Shown piece by piece: positions 27,647 through 37,534 of a DNA stretch of 64,000 nucleotides. The stretch spans positions 4,320,001 through 4,384,000 of the forward strand of contig OZ245365.1 of assembly GCA_965226495.1 (NCBI GenBank), read 5' to 3'. The position numbers were made by a program, and so were the translations under genes. Numbering within the stretch: position 1 is the first letter of the stretch; the number at the start of each line of letters is the position of its first letter. The notes beneath the pieces are model-generated. The model was not told the origin of the DNA and did no database searches. It saw only the letters and a program-made list of their open reading frames with translations. The DNA comes from Candidatus Marinacidobacterales bacterium. GTDB lineage: Bacteria > Acidobacteriota > Vicinamibacteria > Marinacidobacterales > DATDRI01.

Positions 27647-29248
27647 CTACCGTTTACGAAGGTACTGAAAACGCAGGATCTGATCATTGAAGTGGACGTA
27701 GCCGTCTACGTTCCGCCTGGTCGCCAGGAGGAAGTCGGGCTGTGTGATCCACACCCGCGGAGCTTCTTGGATAATCCTCTGTTGTATTTCGGCGAGAAGG
27801 TCTCGACGGCTCACCGGCTCCAGCTCCGTCCCCGCTCGCTCAATCATCTCATCCAGCACGGGGTTTGAGTAATCTCCGCTGTTCAAAAAAGCCTCACTGA
27901 TATAACCGAGGGTTAGTGGATAAGCAGGATCGGCGACAAACCACAGATTCTGATCCAAGAACAGCCGCAGAGAGCGGGAGGCGCGCTGCTCGGCGTAGAC
28001 GGCGGGAGTGAGTTTGACGATGGTCACCTCGATTCCAATCTCTTTGACCGCCGATTGGACTAAGACGGCAATGGCCTCGTGATCGGGCACACCGCTATCG
28101 AGCGCAAGATCCACCGCGAACCCCTCGGGATAGTCGGACGATGCCAACAAGGCCTTGGCTCTTTGGGGATCGCGTTTCCCAAACGGGTAGTCGCCGGGCT
28201 GGTGTCCGGGAAAACCAACCGGGACCGGTCCGGCGGTCGCTCGCGCCCAACCAAAATAGACATCCTTCATGATCGCCTCGTACGGCACCGCGTACGACAA
28301 CGCGTGCCGAACCTGAACGTCATCGAAGGGCGGCATCTGGCAGTTCATGACCAAACTGACAGTTTGTGTGCTCGGCAGTGAAAGCACTTTGACTCCGGGC
28401 ACACGCGCCATCGAGTCGTTCTCTTCCGCGGAGAGACGTTCCACTACATCCAAATAGCCCGACACCAGCAACATCATGCGATCAGCCGCGGAGGGAATGA
28501 TCTTCAAAACCACCTTGTCGATCGACGGTGCGCCTCTCCAATAGTTCTTGTTGGCCCGCAGAACGATTTCGACGCCTCGGGTCCAGCTCTCCACGAAGTA
28601 AGCACCCGCACCCGCGGTGTTCTGGCGGAGCCAAGTCTCGGCCCATTTCTCTTCGGGCTCGCTTTGGGACCGAACGAGCTCCGGATCTAAGGGTCCGGCG
28701 TTCGGCAAAGTGAGAAGGCGGGGCAACAACGGGCTCGGGCGATCCGTCGTGACCCGCACGGTGTCTTCAGTGATGACCTCCACCGCTTCCGGACCGGGGA
28801 CACGTCCCAAGCTTCGATAGAGGAAGGCGCCGGCCGACCCTTTGACCCCGAAATTTCGATCGAAAACCCGCTTGACCGCCTCGGCGTCAACGTCTTGACC
28901 GCTCGGAAACCGAACCTCCGGTCTCACTTTGAGATTCCAGGTAACGCCATCGGCGGCGACGGTCATCGACTCCAAGGCGGTACCTTCCAGGCGGTCAGGA
29001 ATCCAATGTCGCAGACCTTGTTCATTCATCTCCCATGAATGCATCATGAGCGTCTCGTACGTGTTGATGATGACACCCACCGATCGCGGCGTCGAAGCAA
29101 AGAGACTATCGAAGGTCGCCGCATCGTCCGGCACGCCGACGATGAGCGCGGCCGGGTCGTCGGCGGACATCTCGGGTCTTCCGCAGGCGGCACAGGCCGC
29201 GAGACTGAGGAGAAGGAAGAACCAAGTTGCTCGCCCTAAGCCATTCAT
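27647..29248 (-). CDS. ABC transporter substrate-binding lipoprotein, family 5 (DppA-like)
   Basis: Lipobox-like AAC; GAGAYFVESWTRG, PPFDDVQVRHALSYA. Confidence 0.92.
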   Translation of the reverse strand: MNGLGRATWFFLLLSLAACAACGRPEMSADDPAALIVGVPDDAATFDSLFASTPRSVGVIINTYETLMMHSWEMNEQGLRHWIPDRLEGTALESMTVAADGVTWNLKVRPEVRFPSGQDVDAEAVKRVFDRNFGVKGSAGAFLYRSLGRVPGPEAVEVITEDTVRVTTDRPSPLLPRLLTLPNAGPLDPELVRSQSEPEEKWAETWLRQNTAGAGAYFVESWTRGVEIVLRANKNYWRGAPSIDKVVLKIIPSAADRMMLLVSGYLDVVERLSAEENDSMARVPGVKVLSLPSTQTVSLVMNCQMPPFDDVQVRHALSYAVPYEAIMKDVYFGWARATAGPVPVGFPGHQPGDYPFGKRDPQRAKALLASSDYPEGFAVDLALDSGVPDHEAIAVLVQSAVKEIGIEVTIVKLTPAVYAEQRASRSLRLFLDQNLWFVADPAYPLTLGYISEAFLNSGDYSNPVLDEMIERAGTELEPVSRRDLLAEIQQRIIQEAPRVWITQPDFLLATRRNVDGYVHFNDQILRFQYLRKR

Positions 29249-29326
29249 AAACCTAAGCTTACCCCAAGAAGGGTGGCGGTCGCGAACGTTGACTGCAGGG
29301 AGACGTTCGGTTACTTTTCACACATG
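29249..29326. promoter_or_regulatory. Duplicated divergent promoter region (copy 1)
   Basis: TTGACT-N17-TACTTT on +, TAAGCT 7 nt before the SBP ATG on -; homologous to 31066-31143. Confidence 0.6.
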
Positions 29327-29469
29327 AAGAAGGCTACGTCGCTATCTGCAGGCGGGTCTCGTGGGGAAGCGCCGCCGGGCACGGCTCACCAACCGCCGTG
29401 TACGGAGCCGTTCGCACGGTGGTGTGGGAGCTGGGGGCGGGTAACCGCCTCCGGCTAACCGGTTTCTGG

Positions 29470-31065
29470 CTACTGCTTACGAAGGTACTGGAAACGCACG
29501 ACCTGATCGTTGAAATGCACGTAACCATCGACATTCTTCTTAGTCGCGAGGAGGAAGTCGGGCTGGGTGATCCACACCTGCGCTGCGTCCTCGATGATCA
29601 TCCTCTGCGCTTCGCGGAGCAGTGTCCGTCGCCTCTCCGGTTCTAGCTCAACCACCGCACGATTGACCATCTCGTCCACCGCCGAGTTAGAGTAGCTTCC
29701 GTGATTGAGAAAGGCTCCGCTCACATATCCAAACCACAGCGGATAGATTGGGTCGTCCACCCACCATAGATTTTGATCCAAGAAAAAGCGTAGGGTGTGG
29801 GAGGCACGCTGTTCCGCATAGACCGCCGGGGTGAGCTTGACGATGGCGGCCTCGACGCCGACTTCTTTGAGCGCCGATTGGAGGAGTATCGCAATCGACT
29901 CGTGCTCCGGTACACCGCTATCGATCTCTAGGTCAACCACGAAGCCATCAGGATAACCGGCCGCAACCAGCAACGCCTTGGCTTTGTCTGGATCTCGCTG
30001 CCCGTATGGGTAGTCGCCGGGCTCGTGTACTGGAAAGCCGACCGGAACGGGTCCGGCCGTGGCCTGGGCCCGACCGAAATAGACATCCCTCATTACCGCC
30101 CGGTAGGGCATTGTATACGACATCGCCCTCCGAACCCGAACGTCATCGAACGGCGGCATCTGGCAGTGCATGACCAGACTGACGGCTTGCGTGCTCGGTA
30201 GTGAGAGCACGCTGACTCCAGGCACGCGCGCCAACGCATCATTCTCTTCTGCGGAGAGACGCTCCACCACATCCAAGTAGCCGGACACGAGTAACATCAT
30301 GCGATCCGCGGCGGACGGAATGATCTTCATAACCACCTTGTCGATCGCGGGCTCACCTCTCCAATAGTGCTTGTTAGCTCGGAGCACGATCTCGACACCG
30401 CGCGTCCAGCTCTCGACGAAGTAAGCTCCCGCACCCGCCGTGTTCTGGCGCAGCCACGTCTCCGCCCATCTCTCCCCCGGCTCGCTTTTCTCCTCCACCA
30501 GTCGCGGATCTAGAATCCCCCCATTCGATAGGATGAGAAGGCGGGGCAGCAACGGGTTGGGGCGGTCGGTGGTGATTCGAACGGTATCTTCGTCAATCAC
30601 TGCGACCGCGTCCGGTCCCGGGATGCGCCCTAGACTTCGATAGAGAAATGCGCCGCCCGAACCCTTGACTCCGAAATTTCGATCGAAGAGAGCTTTGACC
30701 GCTTCCGCGGTCAAAGCATCACCGCTTGGAAACCGAACGCCTTCTCGCACCTCGAGAGTCCAGGTGACCCCGTCGGCGGCGACGCTCATCGAGGCCAAAG
30801 CCGCCCCTTCGACTTTGTCAGGGACCCAATGTTGCAAACCTTGGTCGTTTTCCTTCCACGAATTCGTCATGAGGGTTTCGTACGTATTCATGATCACGCC
30901 GACCGATCGTGGCGTGTTAGCGAAGACGACGTCGAAGGTCGCCGCATCGTCCGGTACACCGACGATGAGCGTCGTCGGATCGTCGGCATCGGACACCTCC
31001 TGAGATCCGCAGGCGAGCAGAGTGAAAAGAAGAACGCCGAAAACCATCACCCGTAAGCCACTCAT
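29470..31065 (-). CDS. ABC transporter substrate-binding lipoprotein, family 5; tandem paralog of 27647..29248
   Basis: Lipobox LLAC; long stretches identical to the neighbouring SBP. Confidence 0.92.
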   Translation of the reverse strand: MSGLRVMVFGVLLFTLLACGSQEVSDADDPTTLIVGVPDDAATFDVVFANTPRSVGVIMNTYETLMTNSWKENDQGLQHWVPDKVEGAALASMSVAADGVTWTLEVREGVRFPSGDALTAEAVKALFDRNFGVKGSGGAFLYRSLGRIPGPDAVAVIDEDTVRITTDRPNPLLPRLLILSNGGILDPRLVEEKSEPGERWAETWLRQNTAGAGAYFVESWTRGVEIVLRANKHYWRGEPAIDKVVMKIIPSAADRMMLLVSGYLDVVERLSAEENDALARVPGVSVLSLPSTQAVSLVMHCQMPPFDDVRVRRAMSYTMPYRAVMRDVYFGRAQATAGPVPVGFPVHEPGDYPYGQRDPDKAKALLVAAGYPDGFVVDLEIDSGVPEHESIAILLQSALKEVGVEAAIVKLTPAVYAEQRASHTLRFFLDQNLWWVDDPIYPLWFGYVSGAFLNHGSYSNSAVDEMVNRAVVELEPERRRTLLREAQRMIIEDAAQVWITQPDFLLATKKNVDGYVHFNDQVVRFQYLRKQ

Positions 31066-31140
31066 AAACCGAAGCTTACCTCAAGACAGGTCGCACTGGC
31101 GAACGTTGACTGTAAGGAGAGGTTCGGTTACTCTCCAAAC
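31066..31140. promoter_or_regulatory. Back-to-back promoters, probably leaderless
   Basis: TTGACT(31106)-N17-TACTCT(31129)-N6-ATG(31141); on -, TAAGCT-N7-ATG(31065). Confidence 0.6.
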
Positions 31141-33207
31141 ATGAGCGAGCGCTACCGGGTCGGGGTCGACATCGGCGGGACCTTCACCGACTTCGTCCTG
31201 TTCGACAAAACGACCGGCTCCCTCCAACTCGAGAAGACCTACACCACGCCGCAGGATCTACGCCAAGGTGTCGAAAGTGGTCTTCGGAGTGCCGGCGTTC
31301 CCTTCTCTGACATCGCTGACCTGGCACACGGAACAACGGTGGGACTCAACACCCTCATTGAGCGCAAGGGAACGGCAACCGGACTCATCACGACTTCTGG
31401 ATTTCGAGACACCTATGAGATAGGACGCGGCGCCCGCGCCCAGCCTTACAATCTATTCTTCCGCAAGCCCGTTCCGCTCGTGCCTCGCGAGCACCGGCTG
31501 GAGGTCAAGGAGCGGATCGGTGCCGATGGAAAGGTCGTCACGGCATTGGATGAAGACGACGTGCGTAGGGTGGCAGAAATCTTTCGACAGGCCGGGATCA
31601 CTTCCATCGCCATCTGCTTCGTGAACTCCTACGCGAACTCCGCCCACGAAGAGCGGGCTGCCGAGATCCTCGCCGAGGTTTACCCCGAGGCACGTGTCTC
31701 GACGTCGCACAGCCTGGCGCGAGAATGGAGGGAGTACGAGAGAACGAGCACGACGTGTATCAACGCGTACATCATGGCGCGCACGGCTCGCTACATGGAA
31801 GACCTCTCGAAGACGTTGGCCGCCGGCGGCTACCGAAGCCCTCTTTTCATAAACCAGTCTTCGGGTGGCCTCGTCTCCGCAGGCACCGCGGTAGAAAAAC
31901 CAGTGATGACGTTGATGTCCGGCCCCGCAGGTGGCGTCGCCGCGTCGGCCTACGTCGGGGGGTTAGACGGGTTCGAAGACATCATCTCTTTCGACATGGG
32001 GGGCACCAGCAACGACGTTTGCCTCATTAAAGATGGGCGCCCCCGCGTGACCGCCGACTCGAAGATCGAGTCTCACCCGGTGATGGTTCCCATGGTTGCC
32101 ATCCATTCCATCGGCGCCGGCGGCGGCTCGCTCGCCTGGGTCGATGCCGTCGGAGCGCTGAACGTGGGCCCGGAGAGCGCCGGTGCCGAGCCGGGACCGG
32201 TGTGTTACGGCCGTGGAGGGACCGAGCCCACCGTGACAGACGCCAACGTCGTCCTCGGCCGCGTGGCGCCCGAGCAATTTCTCCCTGAGAACATGAAGCT
32301 CGATGCAGAATCCGCACGCCGCGCGATCCGCAAGAAAATCGCCGAGCCTCTGAAGCTGGACCTCTGGCTGGCTGCGACCGGGGTATTGGACATCGTGAAC
32401 GTTAAAATGGCCATGGCGGTGCGTACCGTGACGGTTCAACGGGGACTGGATCCGAAGGACTTCGTCATGTTCGCCTTCGGTGGAGCGGGGCCGATGCACG
32501 CTTGCTTCGTGGCTCGCGAGATCGGGATCGGCAAGGTGGTCATTCCCATCGCGCCGGGCCAGTTCTCGGCGCTCGGGATTCTGGGCAGCGATATCCGGCA
32601 CGACCTCGTTCGTACTGCGCCCGCGGGATCCGATGCCCTCGATCGCTCCTTCCTCCAAGAACAGTTCGACGCGCTCGAATCCGACGCGCGGTCGGTTCTC
32701 GGAAAGGAAGGCGTGGCTGAAGACGATTTCGCGCTCCTCCGGTCGGTCGATATTCGCTATGTAGGTCAGGAGTACACGGTCAACGTCCCTATTCCCGATG
32801 GACCGATCGATGAGGGAGTCGTTAATAAGACACGCTCCGACTTCCACAAACTTCATGAAGTGACTTACAGCCATTCCAAACCGGACGACGTCATCGAGCT
32901 CGTCAATTTGCGGATCGCTGCCATCGGTCGCCGGCCTAAGGTCGAGCTGCCGAAAGTGGCGGCCGGAAAAAAAGACCCCCGTCCATCGGCTCGAGTGGGC
33001 TCGACCGAGATCTGTTTCGATGCCGCCCAAGGGTTCGCCGAGGCGGCGGTATGGGATCGACGGGAGCTCTTGGCCGGAAACGGAATCGAAGGACCGGCTA
33101 TCGTGGCCGATCCGGGTGCAACTACCGTGGTCCCTCCCGGCTTTCGATGCTCGGTGAGCTCGCACGGTAATCTCGTTATCGAAGTACCGGCTACCGGAGG
33201 GTCTTAA
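31141..33207 (+). CDS. Hydantoinase A/oxoprolinase family protein
   Basis: GVDIGGTFTD, HGTT, REYERTSTT, DMGGTSND, GAGGGS. Confidence 0.95.
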   Translation: MSERYRVGVDIGGTFTDFVLFDKTTGSLQLEKTYTTPQDLRQGVESGLRSAGVPFSDIADLAHGTTVGLNTLIERKGTATGLITTSGFRDTYEIGRGARAQPYNLFFRKPVPLVPREHRLEVKERIGADGKVVTALDEDDVRRVAEIFRQAGITSIAICFVNSYANSAHEERAAEILAEVYPEARVSTSHSLAREWREYERTSTTCINAYIMARTARYMEDLSKTLAAGGYRSPLFINQSSGGLVSAGTAVEKPVMTLMSGPAGGVAASAYVGGLDGFEDIISFDMGGTSNDVCLIKDGRPRVTADSKIESHPVMVPMVAIHSIGAGGGSLAWVDAVGALNVGPESAGAEPGPVCYGRGGTEPTVTDANVVLGRVAPEQFLPENMKLDAESARRAIRKKIAEPLKLDLWLAATGVLDIVNVKMAMAVRTVTVQRGLDPKDFVMFAFGGAGPMHACFVAREIGIGKVVIPIAPGQFSALGILGSDIRHDLVRTAPAGSDALDRSFLQEQFDALESDARSVLGKEGVAEDDFALLRSVDIRYVGQEYTVNVPIPDGPIDEGVVNKTRSDFHKLHEVTYSHSKPDDVIELVNLRIAAIGRRPKVELPKVAAGKKDPRPSARVGSTEICFDAAQGFAEAAVWDRRELLAGNGIEGPAIVADPGATTVVPPGFRCSVSSHGNLVIEVPATGGS

Positions 33208-34964
33208 TGTCTGTAGATGTGCCGAACGGGAGAATCGACCCCATCACCCTCGAGGTGATCCGCCACGCATCCATCGCGGCGGCGGAAGAGATGAAAACCA
33301 ACCTCATGCGCACCGCCCACAATCCGATCATCTACGAAGTGCTCGACTTCAGCTGCGGCGTCTTCGACCACCGAGGCAATATGATCGCCCAAGCGGACGG
33401 ACTTCCCATCTTCCTCGGCAACTTGGCGGCTGCCATCCGCGTGGTGATCGACGACATCGGACTCGAGAACTTTCGACCCGGCGATCTCTACTTGATCAAC
33501 GACCCCTACGCTACCGGGACCCACGTCAACGACTTGACCACCGTCAATCCCGTATTCGATGACGACGGCGAGATCATCGCGTTCACTTCCGCCCGTGCGC
33601 ACTGGCTCGACATTGGAGCAAAGGACCCCGGCGGCAGCATCGACTCCACTGACATCGTCCAAGAGGGCCTGTGGTTGCGTTCGGTGCAACTCTACGACGA
33701 GGGCGAGCTCAACGAGAGTATGTGGCGAGTCATTCAATACAACGTACGCTATACGCGGAGCATGTTGGGCGACCTCCAAGCCCAGGTAGCCGCTTCCCGC
33801 ACCGGAGAGAAACGCATTCAGGAAATCTTCCGTCGGCACGGCCGGGCGACCGTGCGGGCGGCTATCGATGAGCTCTTCAAGCAGGGGGAGCAAAGAGCGA
33901 GGGCTTCGATCACCGCTATGAAGGATGGGGTATACGAAGCGGAATCCAGACTCGATGACGACTGCCTGGGCAACGGTCCTCTCCCCGTCAAGGTAAGAGT
34001 CATTGTCCACGGCGACACGCTGACCGTCGACTTAACGGGAAGCCATGGCCAAAACATCGGACCGGTCAACTGCGGTTTGCCCGCGACGCTCTCCGCCTGC
34101 CGCATGGCCTTCAAGTCCCTAACCGCTCCCGATGCGCCGGTGACAGAGGGAGACTTCGTGCCGCTCGAGCTCGAAGTTCCCGAGAACAACATGTTTAACG
34201 CAAGCTATCCGGCGCCCACCTTCATGTACGGAACGCACCTGATTCTGTTGAGTGACGTCATCATGAAAGCCTTGAGCAAGGCCCTGCCGGACAAGGTCAT
34301 CGCGGGACACTACGGGAACCTCTGCGGGTTCATGGTCGTGGGTATCGATCCCCGGACGAAGCAAATGTACATTCACCAAGAGCCCGAAAACGGCGGGTGG
34401 GGCGCCGGACCTCACGGTGACGGGGAAAGCGCGCTCATCTTTAGCCTCGACGGCGATACACGAAACATTCCCGCCGAAGTGATCGAGAACCGTTTCCCCA
34501 TCCGCATGGAACGCCACGAGCTGCGACAAGACTCCGGTGGACCAGGAAAAAATCGTGGCGGACTCGGACTCCTGCGCGAGTACCGCATCCTCGACCATGA
34601 GGCTCACATGACCTGCATCATGGACCGCAAGGTTGATCCGCCCTGGGGCTTGCGTGACGGGAAAGCGGCGGCCCATTGCCGCACGGTTGTGAATCCCGAA
34701 ACCGACCGCGAAGTCGTTCACCAAAAAGCAATGCGCCAATTGGTGCGAGACGGCGACCTCATCAGCGTACAAACCGGCGGCGGCGGCGGTTGGGGCGATC
34801 CACTGGAACGTGATCCGGAAAAAGTTCAGTACGATGTTCGCGCCGGCTACATAAGCTTTGCGGCTGCGAAGAAAGAGTACGGAGTCGTTCTGGATCCAGA
34901 AACGCTCGAGCTCGATCGAGCAGCGACCGAGAAACTACGCCCTCTACGACAGACCGTGACCTAG
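33207..34964 (+). CDS. Hydantoinase B/oxoprolinase family protein
   Basis: DPITLEVIR, HVND, AHWLDIG, QEG, GGPGKNRGG, TGGGGGWGDPLERDP. Confidence 0.95.
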   Translation: MSVDVPNGRIDPITLEVIRHASIAAAEEMKTNLMRTAHNPIIYEVLDFSCGVFDHRGNMIAQADGLPIFLGNLAAAIRVVIDDIGLENFRPGDLYLINDPYATGTHVNDLTTVNPVFDDDGEIIAFTSARAHWLDIGAKDPGGSIDSTDIVQEGLWLRSVQLYDEGELNESMWRVIQYNVRYTRSMLGDLQAQVAASRTGEKRIQEIFRRHGRATVRAAIDELFKQGEQRARASITAMKDGVYEAESRLDDDCLGNGPLPVKVRVIVHGDTLTVDLTGSHGQNIGPVNCGLPATLSACRMAFKSLTAPDAPVTEGDFVPLELEVPENNMFNASYPAPTFMYGTHLILLSDVIMKALSKALPDKVIAGHYGNLCGFMVVGIDPRTKQMYIHQEPENGGWGAGPHGDGESALIFSLDGDTRNIPAEVIENRFPIRMERHELRQDSGGPGKNRGGLGLLREYRILDHEAHMTCIMDRKVDPPWGLRDGKAAAHCRTVVNPETDREVVHQKAMRQLVRDGDLISVQTGGGGGWGDPLERDPEKVQYDVRAGYISFAAAKKEYGVVLDPETLELDRAATEKLRPLRQTVT

Positions 34965-35073
34965 TGACAAAGCGGTTTCCTGCAGACAGCGTTTTGTAAC
35001 CAAAAAAGCCAACGAGGAATAGGCTGTAACGCATTGCGAAACAAGCGTTTAGCCGTAAGTGAGAAAATCAACT

Positions 35074-37332
35074 TTGCAAGTTCGGCATACAGTACACAGC
35101 TTAGCTCTCTCATTATTGATAGGGACGTTCTCTGTATTAATCGCAGGCGCGGAAGAGATCGATGGTCCTCCCCCACCCGTTGCACCCGAAGTAGTCGCGC
35201 GGGATGAAGAAGGGCGCGTCACGATGCGCGCGGTGCGTCTCGATCAACCTCTGACGTTGGACGGTAACTTGGATGAACCTGTTTACCAGAACGTCTTCCC
35301 CGTAAACGGTTTCATCCAACAAGAACCCAACGAAGGCGCGCCGGCCACCGAGGATACCGATCTATGGGTGCTTTTCGATGAGCGAAACGTCTATATCGCG
35401 GCCCGCTGCTGGGATAGCCAGGCGGATCAAATCATGGCGAACGAGATGCGACGGGACAACCTCGGTCTCTATCAAAATGACAATTTCGCGGTGGTTCTAG
35501 ACACATTCTACGATCGGCGCAACGCGTTCGTCTTCCACACCAATCCCCTCGGCGGCTTGATGGATGCGCAGCTCATCGATGAGAACCTCTTCAACCTCGA
35601 CTGGGACGGGGTCTGGGACGTGCGCACGAAGCGTTTCGAAAAGGGCTGGACGCTCGAGATGGCGATCCCGTTCAAGTCCCTTCGATACCAAGGCGGCGGA
35701 CCGCAAGTTTGGGGAATCAACGCGCGCCGCATCGTTCGGTCGAAGAATGAATTCACCCATATCACCCGCATCCCGCAGTCATGGGCGGGCCGGGGAGTAC
35801 TCAAGATGTCTTCTGCGGCGACACTGGTCGGATTGGAAGCGCCTCATGGATCGCAGAGCATTCAGCTCACACCCTACGCGAGAGGAGACGTTGCCACGGA
35901 CCTCGAAGCCATCCCCAGCGTGGACAATGAGATCGATGGCGAGGTCGGATTCGACTTCAAGTGGGGCGTGACTCGAAGCCTCGTCTTCGATTTCACCTAC
36001 AACACCGACTTCGCGGAAGTGGAGGTCGACGAGGAACAAGTCAACCTCACGCGTTTCAGTCTTTTCTTCCCTGAGAAGCGCGATTTCTTCCTCGAGGGGC
36101 AAGGTATCTTCAGCTTCGGTATAGAGGGCGGACGACGCACTCTCCCCCCACCCAACGTTCCGGTGATCTTCTTCAGCCGACAAATCGGCTTACAAGACGG
36201 TCTCTCCGTCCCCATCGTCGCCGGGGCACGCTTGACCGGAAGAGTGGGCGCCTATTCCCTTGGGTTTCTTCAAATGCGGACTGAAGAATTCCCACTCGCT
36301 AACGCTGTGGAGACCGATTTCTCTGTCGTTCGGTTGAAACGCGATCTCTTCCAACGAAGCAACGTTGGCGTGATCTTCACTCGGCGCTCGCCGCGCCTGG
36401 ACGGAACCGGAGAGAACCTGGTTTATGGCATTGATACCGATCTGGCCCTGAGCTCGGATACGCGTGTCTTTGCGTACTACGCCAAGAGCGAAACCCCCGG
36501 GCTCGATGGCATCGACGAGAGCTACCGCGGCCGGTTGAACTACGCCGGCGACCGTTTCGGGCTCGAGCTCGAGTACATGCGGGTTGGACCCGATTTCAAT
36601 CCTGAAGTCGGTTTCGTCGCTCGGGAAGACTTCGACCGGGCCTACGCAACGTTCCGTTTCAGCCCGCGGCCACAGTGGTGGGGGGCGGTTAGGAGATTGA
36701 ACTTCCAAGGAACCTTCGACTACATCACCGATACCGAGGGGACCCTCGAGACCCGCATCGGCCAAGCGGGGTTTCTCGTCGAGTTCGAGAACAGCGATCA
36801 ATCTGAGATCACGTTTCAAAGAGAACTGGAGTTTCTATCGGAGCCCTTCGAGATCTCGGACGGCATTGTGATTCCCATTGGCACCTATCGTTTCCAGGAA
36901 ATCTTCTACCGCTACCTGATGGGGCCCCATCGAAAGATCGCGGGGAATTTCTTCTTCGTCGCCGGGACGTTCTGGGACGGTGACCGCATCGGAGCCGGCT
37001 ATAACGGCCGCGTGGAGCTCGCCGAGCGTCTCTCTTTGGAGCCGGGCATCCAGTACAACCGGGTCGAATTGGTGGAAGGTGACTTCACGACGAAACTCTT
37101 GACCGCGCGGGTCAACTACACATTTAATCCTAGGATCTTCCTCAGCGCCTTACTTCAATACAACTCCACCAACGAAACGGTCGGCGCCAACATTCGCTTC
37201 CGATGGGAGTATCAACCGGGTAGCGACCTGTACGTGGTCTATACCGACGGGAGAGACATACTACAGCCCGGTTTCCCATCACTGCTCAACCGCACCTTCG
37301 TGGTCAAGCTCACGAAGCTCGTCCGGTTCTGA
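35074..37332 (+). CDS. CBM9-like/DUF5916 domain protein (putative outer-membrane protein)
   Basis: LDGNLDEP, GWTLEMAIPFKSLRY, NTDFAEVEVD, NLTRFSLFFPEKRDFFLEG; terminal Phe; start uncertain (TTG conserved in both paralogs; 35059 alternative). Confidence 0.82.
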   Translation: MQVRHTVHSLALSLLIGTFSVLIAGAEEIDGPPPPVAPEVVARDEEGRVTMRAVRLDQPLTLDGNLDEPVYQNVFPVNGFIQQEPNEGAPATEDTDLWVLFDERNVYIAARCWDSQADQIMANEMRRDNLGLYQNDNFAVVLDTFYDRRNAFVFHTNPLGGLMDAQLIDENLFNLDWDGVWDVRTKRFEKGWTLEMAIPFKSLRYQGGGPQVWGINARRIVRSKNEFTHITRIPQSWAGRGVLKMSSAATLVGLEAPHGSQSIQLTPYARGDVATDLEAIPSVDNEIDGEVGFDFKWGVTRSLVFDFTYNTDFAEVEVDEEQVNLTRFSLFFPEKRDFFLEGQGIFSFGIEGGRRTLPPPNVPVIFFSRQIGLQDGLSVPIVAGARLTGRVGAYSLGFLQMRTEEFPLANAVETDFSVVRLKRDLFQRSNVGVIFTRRSPRLDGTGENLVYGIDTDLALSSDTRVFAYYAKSETPGLDGIDESYRGRLNYAGDRFGLELEYMRVGPDFNPEVGFVAREDFDRAYATFRFSPRPQWWGAVRRLNFQGTFDYITDTEGTLETRIGQAGFLVEFENSDQSEITFQRELEFLSEPFEISDGIVIPIGTYRFQEIFYRYLMGPHRKIAGNFFFVAGTFWDGDRIGAGYNGRVELAERLSLEPGIQYNRVELVEGDFTTKLLTARVNYTFNPRIFLSALLQYNSTNETVGANIRFRWEYQPGSDLYVVYTDGRDILQPGFPSLLNRTFVVKLTKLVRF

Positions 37333-37335
37333 ACC

Positions 37336-37510
37336 ATGTGGCGCGCGCACGCGGCGATCCTGGTTGTTCTCTGCGGCTACGGGAACCTCTGTGGGTTCAT
37401 GGTCGTCGACATCGATCCTCGGACGAAGCAAATGTACATTCATCAGGAGCCCGAGAACGGCGGCTGGGGTGCCGACCCCCACAGCGACTGGGAAAACGCG
37501 CTCATCTTTT
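37336..37510 (+). pseudogene. Duplication scar: 5' stub of the 39794 gene joined to an internal fragment of hydantoinase B
   Basis: 37336-37372 matches 39794-39830; 37377-37510 matches 34310-34443. Confidence 0.85.
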
Positions 37511-37534
37511 TATAGCTTACACGGAAAGCCTATA

